Assembly: GCA_000004695.1 (NCBI GenBank)
Contig: CM000150.2
Span: 3,584,001-3,648,000, forward strand
Direction: 5' to 3'
Origin: Dictyostelium discoideum
Taxonomy: Eukaryota
Length of the DNA stretch: 64,000 nt
Within the stretch, counting starts at the first letter, position 1, and the number at the start of each line of letters is the position of its first letter. This document shows, piece after piece, positions 26,346 through 38,100 of this stretch. Position numbers and translations under genes: made by a program. The notes beneath the pieces were generated by a model, which made no database searches, was not told the origin of the DNA, and worked only from the letters and a program-made list of their open reading frames with translations.

Positions 26346-28888
26346 TTAAAATAAAATATATTTAATACTTACATCTTTGGTATATTCACCCAAAACTTTT
26401 CTAAACTCTTCAATGGAATCGATATTTTGTAGATCACCATGTTTATTTTCTGTTAAGAGAATACAATAGATAAGATGATCTTGGCAATCCGGATGATAAT
26501 TAATGATTTTTGAATCTGTATCACTTGGATAAGCTTTACATATTTTTTTATTAATTTCATTATAATCCTTATCATCATGACCTTCTTCGCTATCACTTTG
26601 ATCGCCTTCTTTTGGGAATTTAAATTTTTCTAAATCTTCTATATTGACTTCTTTCAATTGAATGATGTTTTCATTTTTTTTAAAATTCAATTTTTCATAG
26701 AGTTCTTTAACTGAATTCACAGTTTTTAAATCGATATATATCTTGTCTGGGAAAGGTGTGACTGTTGATGTTGGTACAACAATTGTATTTTCTGTTTCAT
26801 CTTTTACACTTTTATCTTTTTTTAAAGTAACTGTTAATGTTGATTCAACATAGATATCTTTATACAATTGGTAAGATTTGGACTTTTCAAAGCTACAAGT
26901 GACATCATTATCATCACATAAAATAATTTCCCCATTGATTGATGGAAACACATTGAAATCAAAAAACTCTGATTTGTATTTATTTGTTGTAGTTTGATCC
27001 TTAAGTTGGGTTAATAGTGGAATATAAACATTGTCATAACCATAATTATATTCATTTGAAAATAATTTATCTTCATCTTTTTCATTATTGTAAACGATAA
27101 TAAATGGATTCAAATGATAGTATTTTTCATCATCTCCATAACCTTTAACCTTGGTTTCAAAGTCTAGCTTTCTGTTACCTAAAATTTCTTTGAGACTATT
27201 TGGATATTTAGTTATTAATCCGTTTAAATTCAACTTTTGACCTGCAATGCTATTTAATCTTAATGATTCTTTTTTAAGATATTGATTATTCTCTGGGTGT
27301 CTAATTATACCAACTCTTCTGTAAAAGTATTCAGAAAGATATTTCATTTTATCACTACAAAAAGCACCACCTCCACGTGCCTCTTGCTTTCCTTGCCAAT
27401 TTAAATCACCAAAGCAAATAGTCCCACCACCGCCACCACTATCTACTTTATCTATATTATTGAATTGATAAGAAATTTTTGAATGGTCACTTCCTGAATC
27501 AGCACTAATAACTTTTGACCAAGGTGTTTCGAATCTGTAAGAAAGATAAATTGATTCAACTGCTTGAGAAATTGCATTTTCACCTTTTGTAATCTTTGTT
27601 TGAGTATGGACCATTGTTTTAAAATTATTACCATTTTTAAAATTATCTATATAATGCCAAATTATAAAAAATTTAATTTTTTCCTTGTGAGTTTCTTCAA
27701 TTTTTTCATTATACTTTTTATAAAGGTTTTTATTTGTTGTTTGAATGAAGTATCTCCCTTTATCACTTTCATAAATTTTATTATAGTGAACATTTGATTC
27801 AAGAGGATTTAGAGTCGGGTTTGATGATGTAATTTCTTGGTTTAGAATTAATTCTGCCTATTTTTTAAGAATATTAGTTTGGTAATTTAAAAACACAATT
27901 TTAAAAATATAAATTTCTTACCAATTGTGACCATTTATTTAAATAAATAACTCCGTTCCATATATCAGGTTCATTTCCAACAATAATATGGTCCTTCATT
28001 AGGTTATCCAATTCAATAAAAGTTTTGGGAGGTTCAATTTTACTATTAATTGTTTCCAAATTAATGACATTTTGGTTCTTACGGTCAAGCTCAGTTTTGA
28101 GGTATTCTGAATAAGAATTGGCTGATGATACCCTTTTTACCTTTTTAAAAACTGTATTAATGGTCCGAATATTTAAATTACTATAAATAATATACTTTGG
28201 AATAATATGAAGTTCTTCTTTTGACAAAGTTATACAAATTGAATGTTGAGCATGTTGATTATTTAAAGTATGTTTGTCGTAATTAAAAAGAGGTTCATAT
28301 CCTGTTTCTGGAGATCTTGGAACACTGTGAATTACATGAATTCCCCCATTTTCATTCCAAATGAAAAATCCTTTTGCATGTGCCTTTTTTTAGATAAATA
28401 AAAAAAATAAAAAAAAAATAAAAATATTAGAAAACTATTAACAACAAATAATAATCAAAAAAAAAAAAAAAAAAAAAAAAAAAGATAAAATAATTAACAC
28501 AAACACTATCATCACCATTACTGGGTTGATCATTATAAGACAAACTATTAAATAAAATAGCACCAGATTCATTTGGTATACTCTGTTTGTATGTTGATGT
28601 AATCGGGTTTGGTTTTGTTGTATTTGGATCTCTAATATTAAAATCAACTATTTCATTAATCTCTGAATTCATTTCTTTTAATGTGCTATCAGTATAAATA
28701 GCACCTTTACTGTGACTCAATTGCTCTAAAAACCACCATTCCACATTCTTTTCTTTAGAATCTCCATCTCCAAATACCTGACTATCCTTGTAAACATTTT
28801 TTGTTGTTTTACATTTTGGAGGATCACTACAATAAATCTGTGATATTATTACAAATAAATATAAAAATATTATATATCTATTTCTCAT
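26346..28888 (-). CDS. DNase II-family secreted protein, copy C; exons 28888..28505, 28383..27922, 27857..26346
   Basis: Same structure as copies A and B: MRNRYIIFLYLFVIISQIYC; AHAKGFFIWNENGGIHVIHSVP; DHSKISYQF...ICFGDLNWQGKQEARGGGAFC. Exon 2 is the most diverged and is 27 nt shorter than in B. The C-terminal extension is closely similar to B. Confidence 0.7.
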
Positions 28889-28944
28889 GTTATTATTTTT
28901 GTTTTATTTATTTTAATATAAAAAAAAAAAATTATTTATATATA

Positions 28945-29015
28945 AAAAAAAAAAGAGTACAGTTGAGAAAAAAAAAAGAGTACAGTTGAGAAAAAAAAAA
29001 GAGTACAGTTGAGAA
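28945..29015. repeat. Three tandem units of a 25-bp motif, aaaaaaaaagagtacagttgagaaa
   Basis: Direct tandem repeat visible in the sequence, immediately upstream of DNase II-C on the divergent side. Confidence 0.85.
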
Positions 29016-29524
29016 AAAAAAAAAAAATTACAATCGATTTGCATCAAAATCAAAATTTTAATCTTAAAAAAAAACAAAAAATTATTTTCCTAATGTTTTT
29101 TTGATTTTAAAGAGATAATTTTTCTTTCTTTTTTTTTCAAAATGCAAACTAAAAAAATTTTCGTTTGTTTTTTTTTTTTTTATATCACAAAATATCGAAC
29201 GGGCACGAGCAAAAAAAAAGCAAGGAGGTGTCTCGAAAAAAAAAATTGTGTTGAGAAATGCAACAATTTTTTTTATTGGTACCCATTACTTCATTAGCAT
29301 CAAGTCCACTTCTCCATACGATAAAAAAAAAAAAAAAAAAAAAAAAAAGGGATCGCTAATTTTTAAAAGAGAAAAAAGTGTTGTTGCTCCACTAAAAAAA
29401 TAAATATATTTTTTTTTTAGAAAAAGATGGTACTTGTTTTGTGAATGAAAATTTTTTTTTTTCTTTTTTTTTTTTTATTTTTTTTTTTTTTTATTTTTTT
29501 TTTTTTGATCATTTTTTTTTAACA

Positions 29525-31579
29525 ATGGAAATAAACTTTTGGAAATTTTATAGAAACAAATATTTGAATAAAATTATATATTCAAATTTTGAATTTTCAA
29601 ATATTTATTCATATGATAGATTATATAATGTTTCAGAAATTTTATCTAAATATACAAATGGTATTGAAATTTTAAAAGATAAAGTCAAAAATAATCAATA
29701 TTTATTTTTTGAAATTAAAATTACAGGTATTATTAGAGAAACATTCCCAAATTTGATCTTAGAGCTAATTAAAAAGGATGAACTATTTTATAATCAATTA
29801 TTTGGTAATAATGAATATTATTCAAAAAACTTTAATCTTAATGAATTATTTATTAAAATTATTCAATCATCAAATTTAGTAGCATTAAAATCATTTATCA
29901 AATTAATATATAAAAAAAACAAAAATAAAATTAATAAATTTAATGATAATTTTAAAGTTTTTAATTATAAAAGTTTAAAAATGTTGAAATATATAATAAC
30001 GATTGGTGGTGATAAACTATTAAAGAATTTAGAATATGGTGATATAGAATTGTTTAATAACTCTTTTAAATTAAAACATTTAATTGAAATTTTAAAATTT
30101 TCTTCACAAACAATGTCAAGCAATAATCAAATAAACAAAGAAATATTAGAATCTAATTTATTTACAAATCAATTAAAAAAATTGTCAATTAATGAAATTT
30201 TAGAAGAATATTCATCAATTTTAAATAATAACCAACAACCAGAAATTAAATTTAAAATATTAGAACTAATTAATTTATTTTATTTAATAATTAATAAAAA
30301 TGAAAATGAAAAACCATTAAATTATTATATTTTATTTAAAAATGAAAATGAAATTGAAAATAAAATTTATCAAGATTATCAACAACAAGAACCGCAACAA
30401 AGACAGTATGGATGTTTTTTTAATTTATTTAAATATAAATCTGAGAAATTAAATCAACTAATTTCAAATTTATTAAAAAGGATTGAACTAAATCCAAATT
30501 CAAATGAAACTACAAGTAAAAGACAAGAGATTGAATATTTAATTAATTCATTTATTTTATCAAGTAATAATATTGAATTGTTAGATAAAGTTATTAAAGA
30601 AAACAATTCAATAAATTTTTATGAAAAATATAAATCAATTACATTTTCAAGAATACTATCAATTGAAATTTTAAATTATTTTTTTGAAAATTATCAAGAT
30701 TTATTTTTTAATGATTTAAATTTGAATTGGGTTAATATTGAATCAATTAAAGTATTTAAACATTATAAATTATTAATGAAAAGTTTAAATAGAAATTTAT
30801 CAATTATCATTAATGATAGTAATCATCAAATTGAATTAATACCAAATCAATTTAAAACAGTTTCAACAAATTTTAAAAAACCAGGTGAATTATTTTTAGA
30901 TTTATTATTAAATTATAATAATAATCATCTTAAAGAAATACCTAATTTGGATTTATTTAAGGAATTAATATATAATTCATTAAATTATTATAATAAGCAA
31001 GATTCATTTATTGAAATTTTAAAAACATTTAAAATTAAATCATCTTCTTTTGATTTTTCATTAATTGAAAATGAAAATCATAATAATTATAAAATTATTA
31101 AATGGTTATTTTCAAAAACACCAACAACATTTAATGAATTTAAAAATTCAAAAAAGGAAATTATAATTAACCAAAATTTAAAAATTAATTCAATTAATAA
31201 TGAACAATTATTTATTTCATTATTTAAAATTGGTTATTATAAAAAAATATTTCAATTATTAGATAATAATCAAATTTCAAGAATGAATATAATTAATTTT
31301 CATTTTCCTGGTAATTCAATAGATACAAAATATTATATTAAATATATTACAGTTGAATATATTGATTATTTATTTAATTTTATTTTTAATAAAAAAATTG
31401 AAATTATGCAGCTTGGTTGTCATTCTAAAAAATTTAATTGGGAAACCTTTATAAATGAAATAATGAGAAATGGTGATTTATTAATTTTTAAACATTTAAT
31501 TAAAAATTATGGTGGTTCATTTATTATTAATTCTCAATTATTTAATTTGGAATTTAAAGAATTTTATAAAAATAAATAA
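29525..31579 (+). CDS. Hypothetical Asn/Lys/Ile-rich protein of about 685 aa (ORF track 29441..31579; likely start MEINFWKFY at about 29525); unknown function
   Basis: A 2.1-kb uninterrupted ORF in a genome where TAA stops are frequent by chance. It has no counterpart in the intergenic spacers of copies A or B. No motif recognised. Confidence 0.5.
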   Translation: MEINFWKFYRNKYLNKIIYSNFEFSNIYSYDRLYNVSEILSKYTNGIEILKDKVKNNQYLFFEIKITGIIRETFPNLILELIKKDELFYNQLFGNNEYYSKNFNLNELFIKIIQSSNLVALKSFIKLIYKKNKNKINKFNDNFKVFNYKSLKMLKYIITIGGDKLLKNLEYGDIELFNNSFKLKHLIEILKFSSQTMSSNNQINKEILESNLFTNQLKKLSINEILEEYSSILNNNQQPEIKFKILELINLFYLIINKNENEKPLNYYILFKNENEIENKIYQDYQQQEPQQRQYGCFFNLFKYKSEKLNQLISNLLKRIELNPNSNETTSKRQEIEYLINSFILSSNNIELLDKVIKENNSINFYEKYKSITFSRILSIEILNYFFENYQDLFFNDLNLNWVNIESIKVFKHYKLLMKSLNRNLSIIINDSNHQIELIPNQFKTVSTNFKKPGELFLDLLLNYNNNHLKEIPNLDLFKELIYNSLNYYNKQDSFIEILKTFKIKSSSFDFSLIENENHNNYKIIKWLFSKTPTTFNEFKNSKKEIIINQNLKINSINNEQLFISLFKIGYYKKIFQLLDNNQISRMNIINFHFPGNSIDTKYYIKYITVEYIDYLFNFIFNKKIEIMQLGCHSKKFNWETFINEIMRNGDLLIFKHLIKNYGGSFIINSQLFNLEFKEFYKNK

Positions 31580-31753
31580 AAATAAAAAAAACTAATAATT
31601 TAAAAAAAAAAAAAAAAAACTTAAATCAATTGACAAATATAACCCAATTAGAATGAAGTTAAGGAAAATTTTTAAAAATGGAAATTGCTTTTTTTTTTTT
31701 TTTTTTTTTTAATTTTATTTTAATTTTTTAACATCCAACAGTCTTAAAAATTT

Positions 31754-32036
31754 TTTTATAGAAAATTACGAGTATGTCGTAATAAAAACTAAAAAACATC
31801 AAAATTATTTTTTTTTTTTAGATGCGATCATTTGTTGATGTTGGAAATCTTTTTTTCATTTTCGAAATGGTTTTTCTGTGAAAATAAAAAAAAAAAAAAA
31901 AAAATCCAACTCAGAAACCTTTTCTTATTGGCGAGTTTAAAAAAAAAAAACTGCCAAACGATCGCATCTAAAAAAAAAAGATAAGTTTGATGTTTTTTAG
32001 TTTTTATTACGACATACTCGTAATTTTCTATAAAAA
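31754..32036. repeat. Inverted repeat: roughly 77-bp arms (outer 47 bp perfect) around a roughly 130-bp spacer; foldback/MITE-like element or inverted duplication of the promoter-proximal motif
   Basis: 31756..31802 'tatagaaaattacgagtatgtcgtaataaaaactaaaaaacatcaaa' is exactly reverse-complementary to 31990..32036. The inner parts, ...tagatgcgatc at 31819..31829 and gatcgcatcta at 31960..31970, are also complementary. The element ends about 110 bp upstream of the giant gene C ATG. Confidence 0.8.
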
Positions 32037-32146
32037 AATTTTGATAAAAATCTTACTATTATTTTTTTTTTTTTTTTTTTTTTTAAAAATAAAAGAGAAT
32101 TAATTGTTTATGAAAAATTACGTTGTAAAAAAAAAAAAAAAAAAAA

Positions 32147-35100
32147 ATGGTAAAATTTAAAATAGTGATATCATTTTTATTATTTATTATATATTGTAAT
32201 TGTTTCACATTTGGTAGCTACCCATTTGATACAAAAAATTGGTCAACAAATGGTACACTATCATCATGTGTTTTTTATGATTTTGTAAATAACGATTATT
32301 ATGATTTAAGTTCTATTATCATACCTGATCATCAAGGTTCTCATAGAGCAAGTTTTGATGCAGAACTTTCTGGTGGAATTCAAACATCTTATTTAATGTA
32401 TTTCAATCCTTGTTTTAATGATCATATGTGTCCAGGTGGTCTTTCAGTAGGTTGTATTGCTATTTTTCAAAATTCGCAAACAATATATAATTCTGTTGGT
32501 TCACTTTCAGAACCACATTTTGTTACATATAGAACAAACGGTATTACTATTAAATATCAATCAACTCTTTTACCATCAACAACATGTGCCTCTAATGGTA
32601 ACCGTAGAACTTTGATTTTAGTTATTACTTGTGATCCAATTCAACAATTTTCAGTAACAAGTACTAATAACAGAAGAGTATTATGTGAACATACAATTAA
32701 TATCGCTTCAAGACTAGTATGTAAAAATAAAGGAGTATTATTTAATCAAGGTCTATTTTATGATTTAACACCAATGAAATTGTAAGTTATTAAATTCTTT
32801 TTCATATTTTTAATTATCCATTTTTTTATTTTTATTTTTTATTTTTATTTTTATTTTTATTTCCCACTTTTTTCAATTCATTTTTTTTAATTTTTTTTTT
32901 TTTTTTTAATTTTTTTTTTTTCCAATAGATTAACAAGCACTTCACACCAAATCACCAATGATGACCAAACAAAAGATATTCTCTTTAATTTATTCGGAAA
33001 TGTAAATAGATGTGGTACTTTCGGTACATCAACATTAAGTTATCAATCATGTATTTTAACAGTTGCTAATAAAGCGATCATTATAAACTAGATTCAAGAT
33101 ATGCAACATCACCAAAATCAGTTATGGTAGGATCTCTCAGTCAACCAAGAACAATTACATTTACAAATGATGTAATAACTATACTTTATAGTTCAACAAC
33201 TGGTTTCACAGAATGCTCATTAAACGGTAACAAATATTCATCAAAGTATATTTTAATTTGTGATCCATTCACAGAATATTATGTAGATAAATTTACATTA
33301 GAATCACAATGTATTTATCAAATAAAAGTTTATACCAAATACGCATGTCCAACATTACGTTTATTCAAACGACAAATACAATATTATGACCTTTCACCAT
33401 TGATGTTGTAAGTATTAAATTTAGTTTTTTAATATTTTATTTATCGTGCCCCTCCTCTAAATAATTAACAATTCGGTAAATCTATATATATAGAGATTCA
33501 ACAAGAAATTATACTGCAAGTTATAGTACAGGAGAAATTATATTTAATATTGGTAATAGAGCACAAATTTGTAACGAACCCTTGAATGGTACAATTTTTC
33601 ATTTTGCTTGTCAATACGATCCAATCAATAGAGTATACAATCAAATCGCTCAAGCAAGTTTAGGTCAAAAGGTAACATATGATTTAAATCAAATTAAATT
33701 TGAATACTCTTCAAGACTAACAACTAGTTGCTCATCAAATTCCAATAAAAGAAATTTTATTATTGTTTTAAATTGTGACGAAAATCAACATTACCAATTG
33801 GTTTCAACTATTGAATCTCCTGCATGTGTATATACAGTAACAATTAAAACTAAATATGTATGCGAATCAACAATTTATTTTAATGCATTTAACTATACCT
33901 ATTATGATATTACTCCAATAAAAACGTAAGTTTAAAGTAATAATAACTAGGTAATAATAGTAAAAATAATATTGATTTTTATTAACAAACACAATATATC
34001 AAACTATTAATTTTAATTAGAACAAAAGATAGTCCAAAAACAGTGGATATCACTGTCAGTGGAGTCACAAATAGAGTAAGAATTTAACTTTTAAAAAAAA
34101 AAACTAAAACTAAAACTAACATATTTATTTATTATTTTTTTAAATAGCTTTATTATGGTATAGGTAATACTGTTAACTTTTGTACAAATCAAGCTACAGC
34201 AGTTCCTGGTGTAGATTATCAAGCTTGCCAATATATCAATGGTGTTGTTATTCATGTTGGTAGTTTAAAAAATACTTCTATATATATTGGTGATAGTAAT
34301 GATATATATATCGCTCATACATCAGTAACTGATTCAACTAGACCACCATGTAGAGGTAAATATCAAAGGGCTGACATTTTAAGTATGACATGTGATCCAA
34401 CGGCTACATACACTTTTGTCAGTGCCAAAGAGGTTTCTTCTAACGGGGGATGTCATTATTATATTTACATTAAAACCAAATATGCATGCCCAATTAATTA
34501 TGCACCAGTATTGCCAGCTGTTGGAAATCCATGTTTATACAGTTGTACACCACCAGGTGCTTTAAATACAAAAGATATAGTTAGTGTACTTTTAAATTTA
34601 GGCGTTTGTTTTTCAGAGATTAATAAATATGGTACAGGTGCTCAATCATTACTTGGTATATTCAACAATACTTGGGTTTTAAACCACAATGGATATGATG
34701 ATTGGATGGGTGGACAACTTTATTCACTATTATTAACAGGTAAACCACAAACATCGATTTCACCATATGTTATTTCAATTACACATGATAATTTATGTAC
34801 ATATGGTACCAATGGGTTAAGTAAAGCAAAAAATTCAATCAATGATTTTCTCACTATCACAAATGATCTTCTTGAAATTTCAAATCGTGCAGCCAGTTCA
34901 ACCGTTACCAAATATACATATTCAGATGGAGCAATTACATTATCAACACATAAACTTTTATCAACATCAACTGGAGGTCTTGCAATTATTATGTATAAAG
35001 GCTTGCTATGCCATTACTCAGTGGTTTCAAATATTCAAACTTTAGTTATTTCGAATTATTTGCTTTCATGTCCATATTATTCACTACCAATTACATTGTA

Positions 35101-38100
35101 TAGTTTAGCACCATCAACTGCGAAAATCGGAGATACTATTACAATTAATGGTGAAAATCTAGATAAAGACAACTATGATGTTTATTTTAAAATCATTCAA
35201 GATTCATATTCTGAAGTCAAAGCAACAATAACATCAAGAACAGCAAATACTGTAAAAGTAATCGTTCCAAAAGGTTTTGGTGGTGCCTTTGTTCTCACTC
35301 AAAATAGAATCAATAAGTTAATCTCTAATAATCTTGAATTTTCATACCCATCATCAACCATTGTCAAAGTAATTAGTCAACCATTTAGTACAGGTATCAT
35401 CAATAGATTCTTTGTCATTGGTGAATATTATCGTTCATTAATAACCAATATCACCATTTATCCATACATCGATAATATTGAAAAAGAAGCAATTTATTGT
35501 GAAATTGAAAAGTATTGTCCAAGTTCATCAAAAATTCCATCAATTCCAGGATCAGAAGTAGGTCATCCATGTATTGATTCAACAGTTTACTCTGAGAATG
35601 CCCAGTTTTTCAATTATTCCAAGTATGATGTTTTTGTTTGTATCAAATCATCATTAGGTGTTGGAAGTGGTATCATTAAATTCCCATCACAAACATTTAC
35701 ATTCGCATACTCTTATAAAGCACCTCTCTTATATTATGCACCACCTGGCGCTCGTATTCCAACTGATGGTGGTAGTTTTCAATTGAGTGGCAAAAACTTT
35801 CCACCAACACAAGAAATCATTGATCTCGGTTTGAACACATCTAAAATCATTTGGAATAATGATAATTTTGTTACATTCAAAGGAACAAATCTTACAAATA
35901 CCAACATCAATTGGAAGAGTTCAGATACGATTGTATTTATTGCGCCACCAGGTTTTGGTGAGTGGATCACCGTTTCAGTAACTGTCGGTAAACAAGCGTC
36001 AACAACTACATACCCAGGTGATTTAGATGAACGTCCAACTGGAAATTATACTTTGCATTATCTATTTCCAACAATTGTTGATTTATCAGCAGTTCCAACT
36101 GATGGTGGTGAAACTATAATAAAAGGTGCCAACTTTATTCCAGCTATCTTTGTAGGTCAAATTAATAATCAATCATTAATTGGTTCGCTACATTCAGTCA
36201 CGTTTAATAATGTTTTATCTCCATCATGGACATGGATTAACTCAACACACGTAAAAGCCATCGTACAAAAAGGTATTGGTACAATCTCTCCAATGGTAAG
36301 AGTTGGTGGTCAAAGATCAGATTTGTACCAACTTTTTGCAACATTATACAAAAAACCTGAATTAGATAATAAAAAATATGAAAACTTTGCAAATAGTAAT
36401 ATTTTAATAACTGGCTCTAATTTTGTACCAGTTGGTGTTTCAGCAGGTTCATCAAGTTCTGTTAAAATTGGAGGTATTCCTTGTAACTCTGTAACATGGG
36501 TAGATTCAAAATCTGTTATTTGTAATGTACCAATTGGAACTGGTGATAATTTAAATATCCAAGTAACAGTTGGAGATCAACAAACCGAATTAAATGATTA
36601 TTTCTCATATTTAGGGCAATGCGATTTCCTCTGTAGCGATTTATCAAATTTAGTAAGTTTTTAAACATTTTAATTACAGAGAAAAAAAGAAAAAAAAAAC
36701 TAAAAAATACTAATATATTATCATTTTTACCTCAAAGGAATTAGAAAAAGTTATTAGAGAGAATAAAAAAGATTTAAAGAGTACTCTTTTATTAACAGGC
36801 GTATGTTTAGAACAAATCAAGCAATATAATCTTACATATATTAAAAATAAAATTGAATCAAGTTGGATTGGAAATTCAATTATTAATGATTGGACAAGTG
36901 GTAAATTCTATAACTATTTCAAATCATCAGAATCATACTCAACAGTTAAAACACTTGCAAAATATATTACTCCAAAGAATCCATGTATTTATGATAATAA
37001 AAGAGTAAAGAATTCATTAGATTACCTTTTCGAAATCAATTCAGATATTTTCCATTTAATTGAACTTTCAATTTCATCAAAAATCAGTTATCCAGATTCG
37101 CCATATCAAACTTATTTCTATAAATCATCAAGTAACCCACAGTATGGTCTTTCAATTATTACATTTGATTCAGCAATTTGTAGCTTTACAGAATCAACTA
37201 TTCAAGACTACCAAAGTGGAAAAGTATTACAATCATGTTCAATCATTCCAATTATAAATCAAGTAATTAATCCAACAACAACACTTCAAGCACCATATCA
37301 ATATTCACTTACAATTATTGGTAGATTATTTGATAGTTCAACTAGAATATTTTTATCAGGTTATGAATGTCCAATCATTGGTAATATTGTTACAAATCAA
37401 AATGATTATATTCAAACTCTTAGTTGTTCAGTACCATCAGAAATCAAATCATACTCAGCCTCTCCAATTAGTTTTTACAATGGTTATAGTGAAAATAATA
37501 TATATAATTTCTTGTTGGATTTTAAAAAATCATTCTTTTTTATATATCCAATTTCAACAGTAACTCAAATTCAATACCCATCAAGTGGTCCAATTCAAAT
37601 GAATTCTGAAATTAAAGTAATTGGTTTTAATTTCTTCCCATATGGTATTACAAATCCAAACCTTAAAGTTTTTATTGATGATCTTGAATTAACTGATACT
37701 ATCTTTGGATTAACAAGCATAAATGGAGTTGATTCATTTTCATTTATTGCTTCTGGTTTAGGTTCTTTAAAGTATGTAAAAAAAAAAAAAATTAAAAAAA
37801 AAATTAAATTAAATTATTAATATATAAATTTCTTTTTAAAAGTTACATTCAATTATTTTATAGTAATAGTTTACCAATGATTATAAAAAATGGTGTTAAA
37901 TTAGAATTTTCATTTGAAAGACCAATTATTAATAGTATATTACCAACAAATGGAGATTACAATACAAAAGTTACAATTAATGGTAATAATTTTAGAAAAG
38001 GTCAATCAGTAAAAATTGGAGACTTATTAGTAAATGATATTGAATTCATTTCAAATCAAAAGATTATTGTTTCAGCACCATTTGGATTTATTAATGGACT

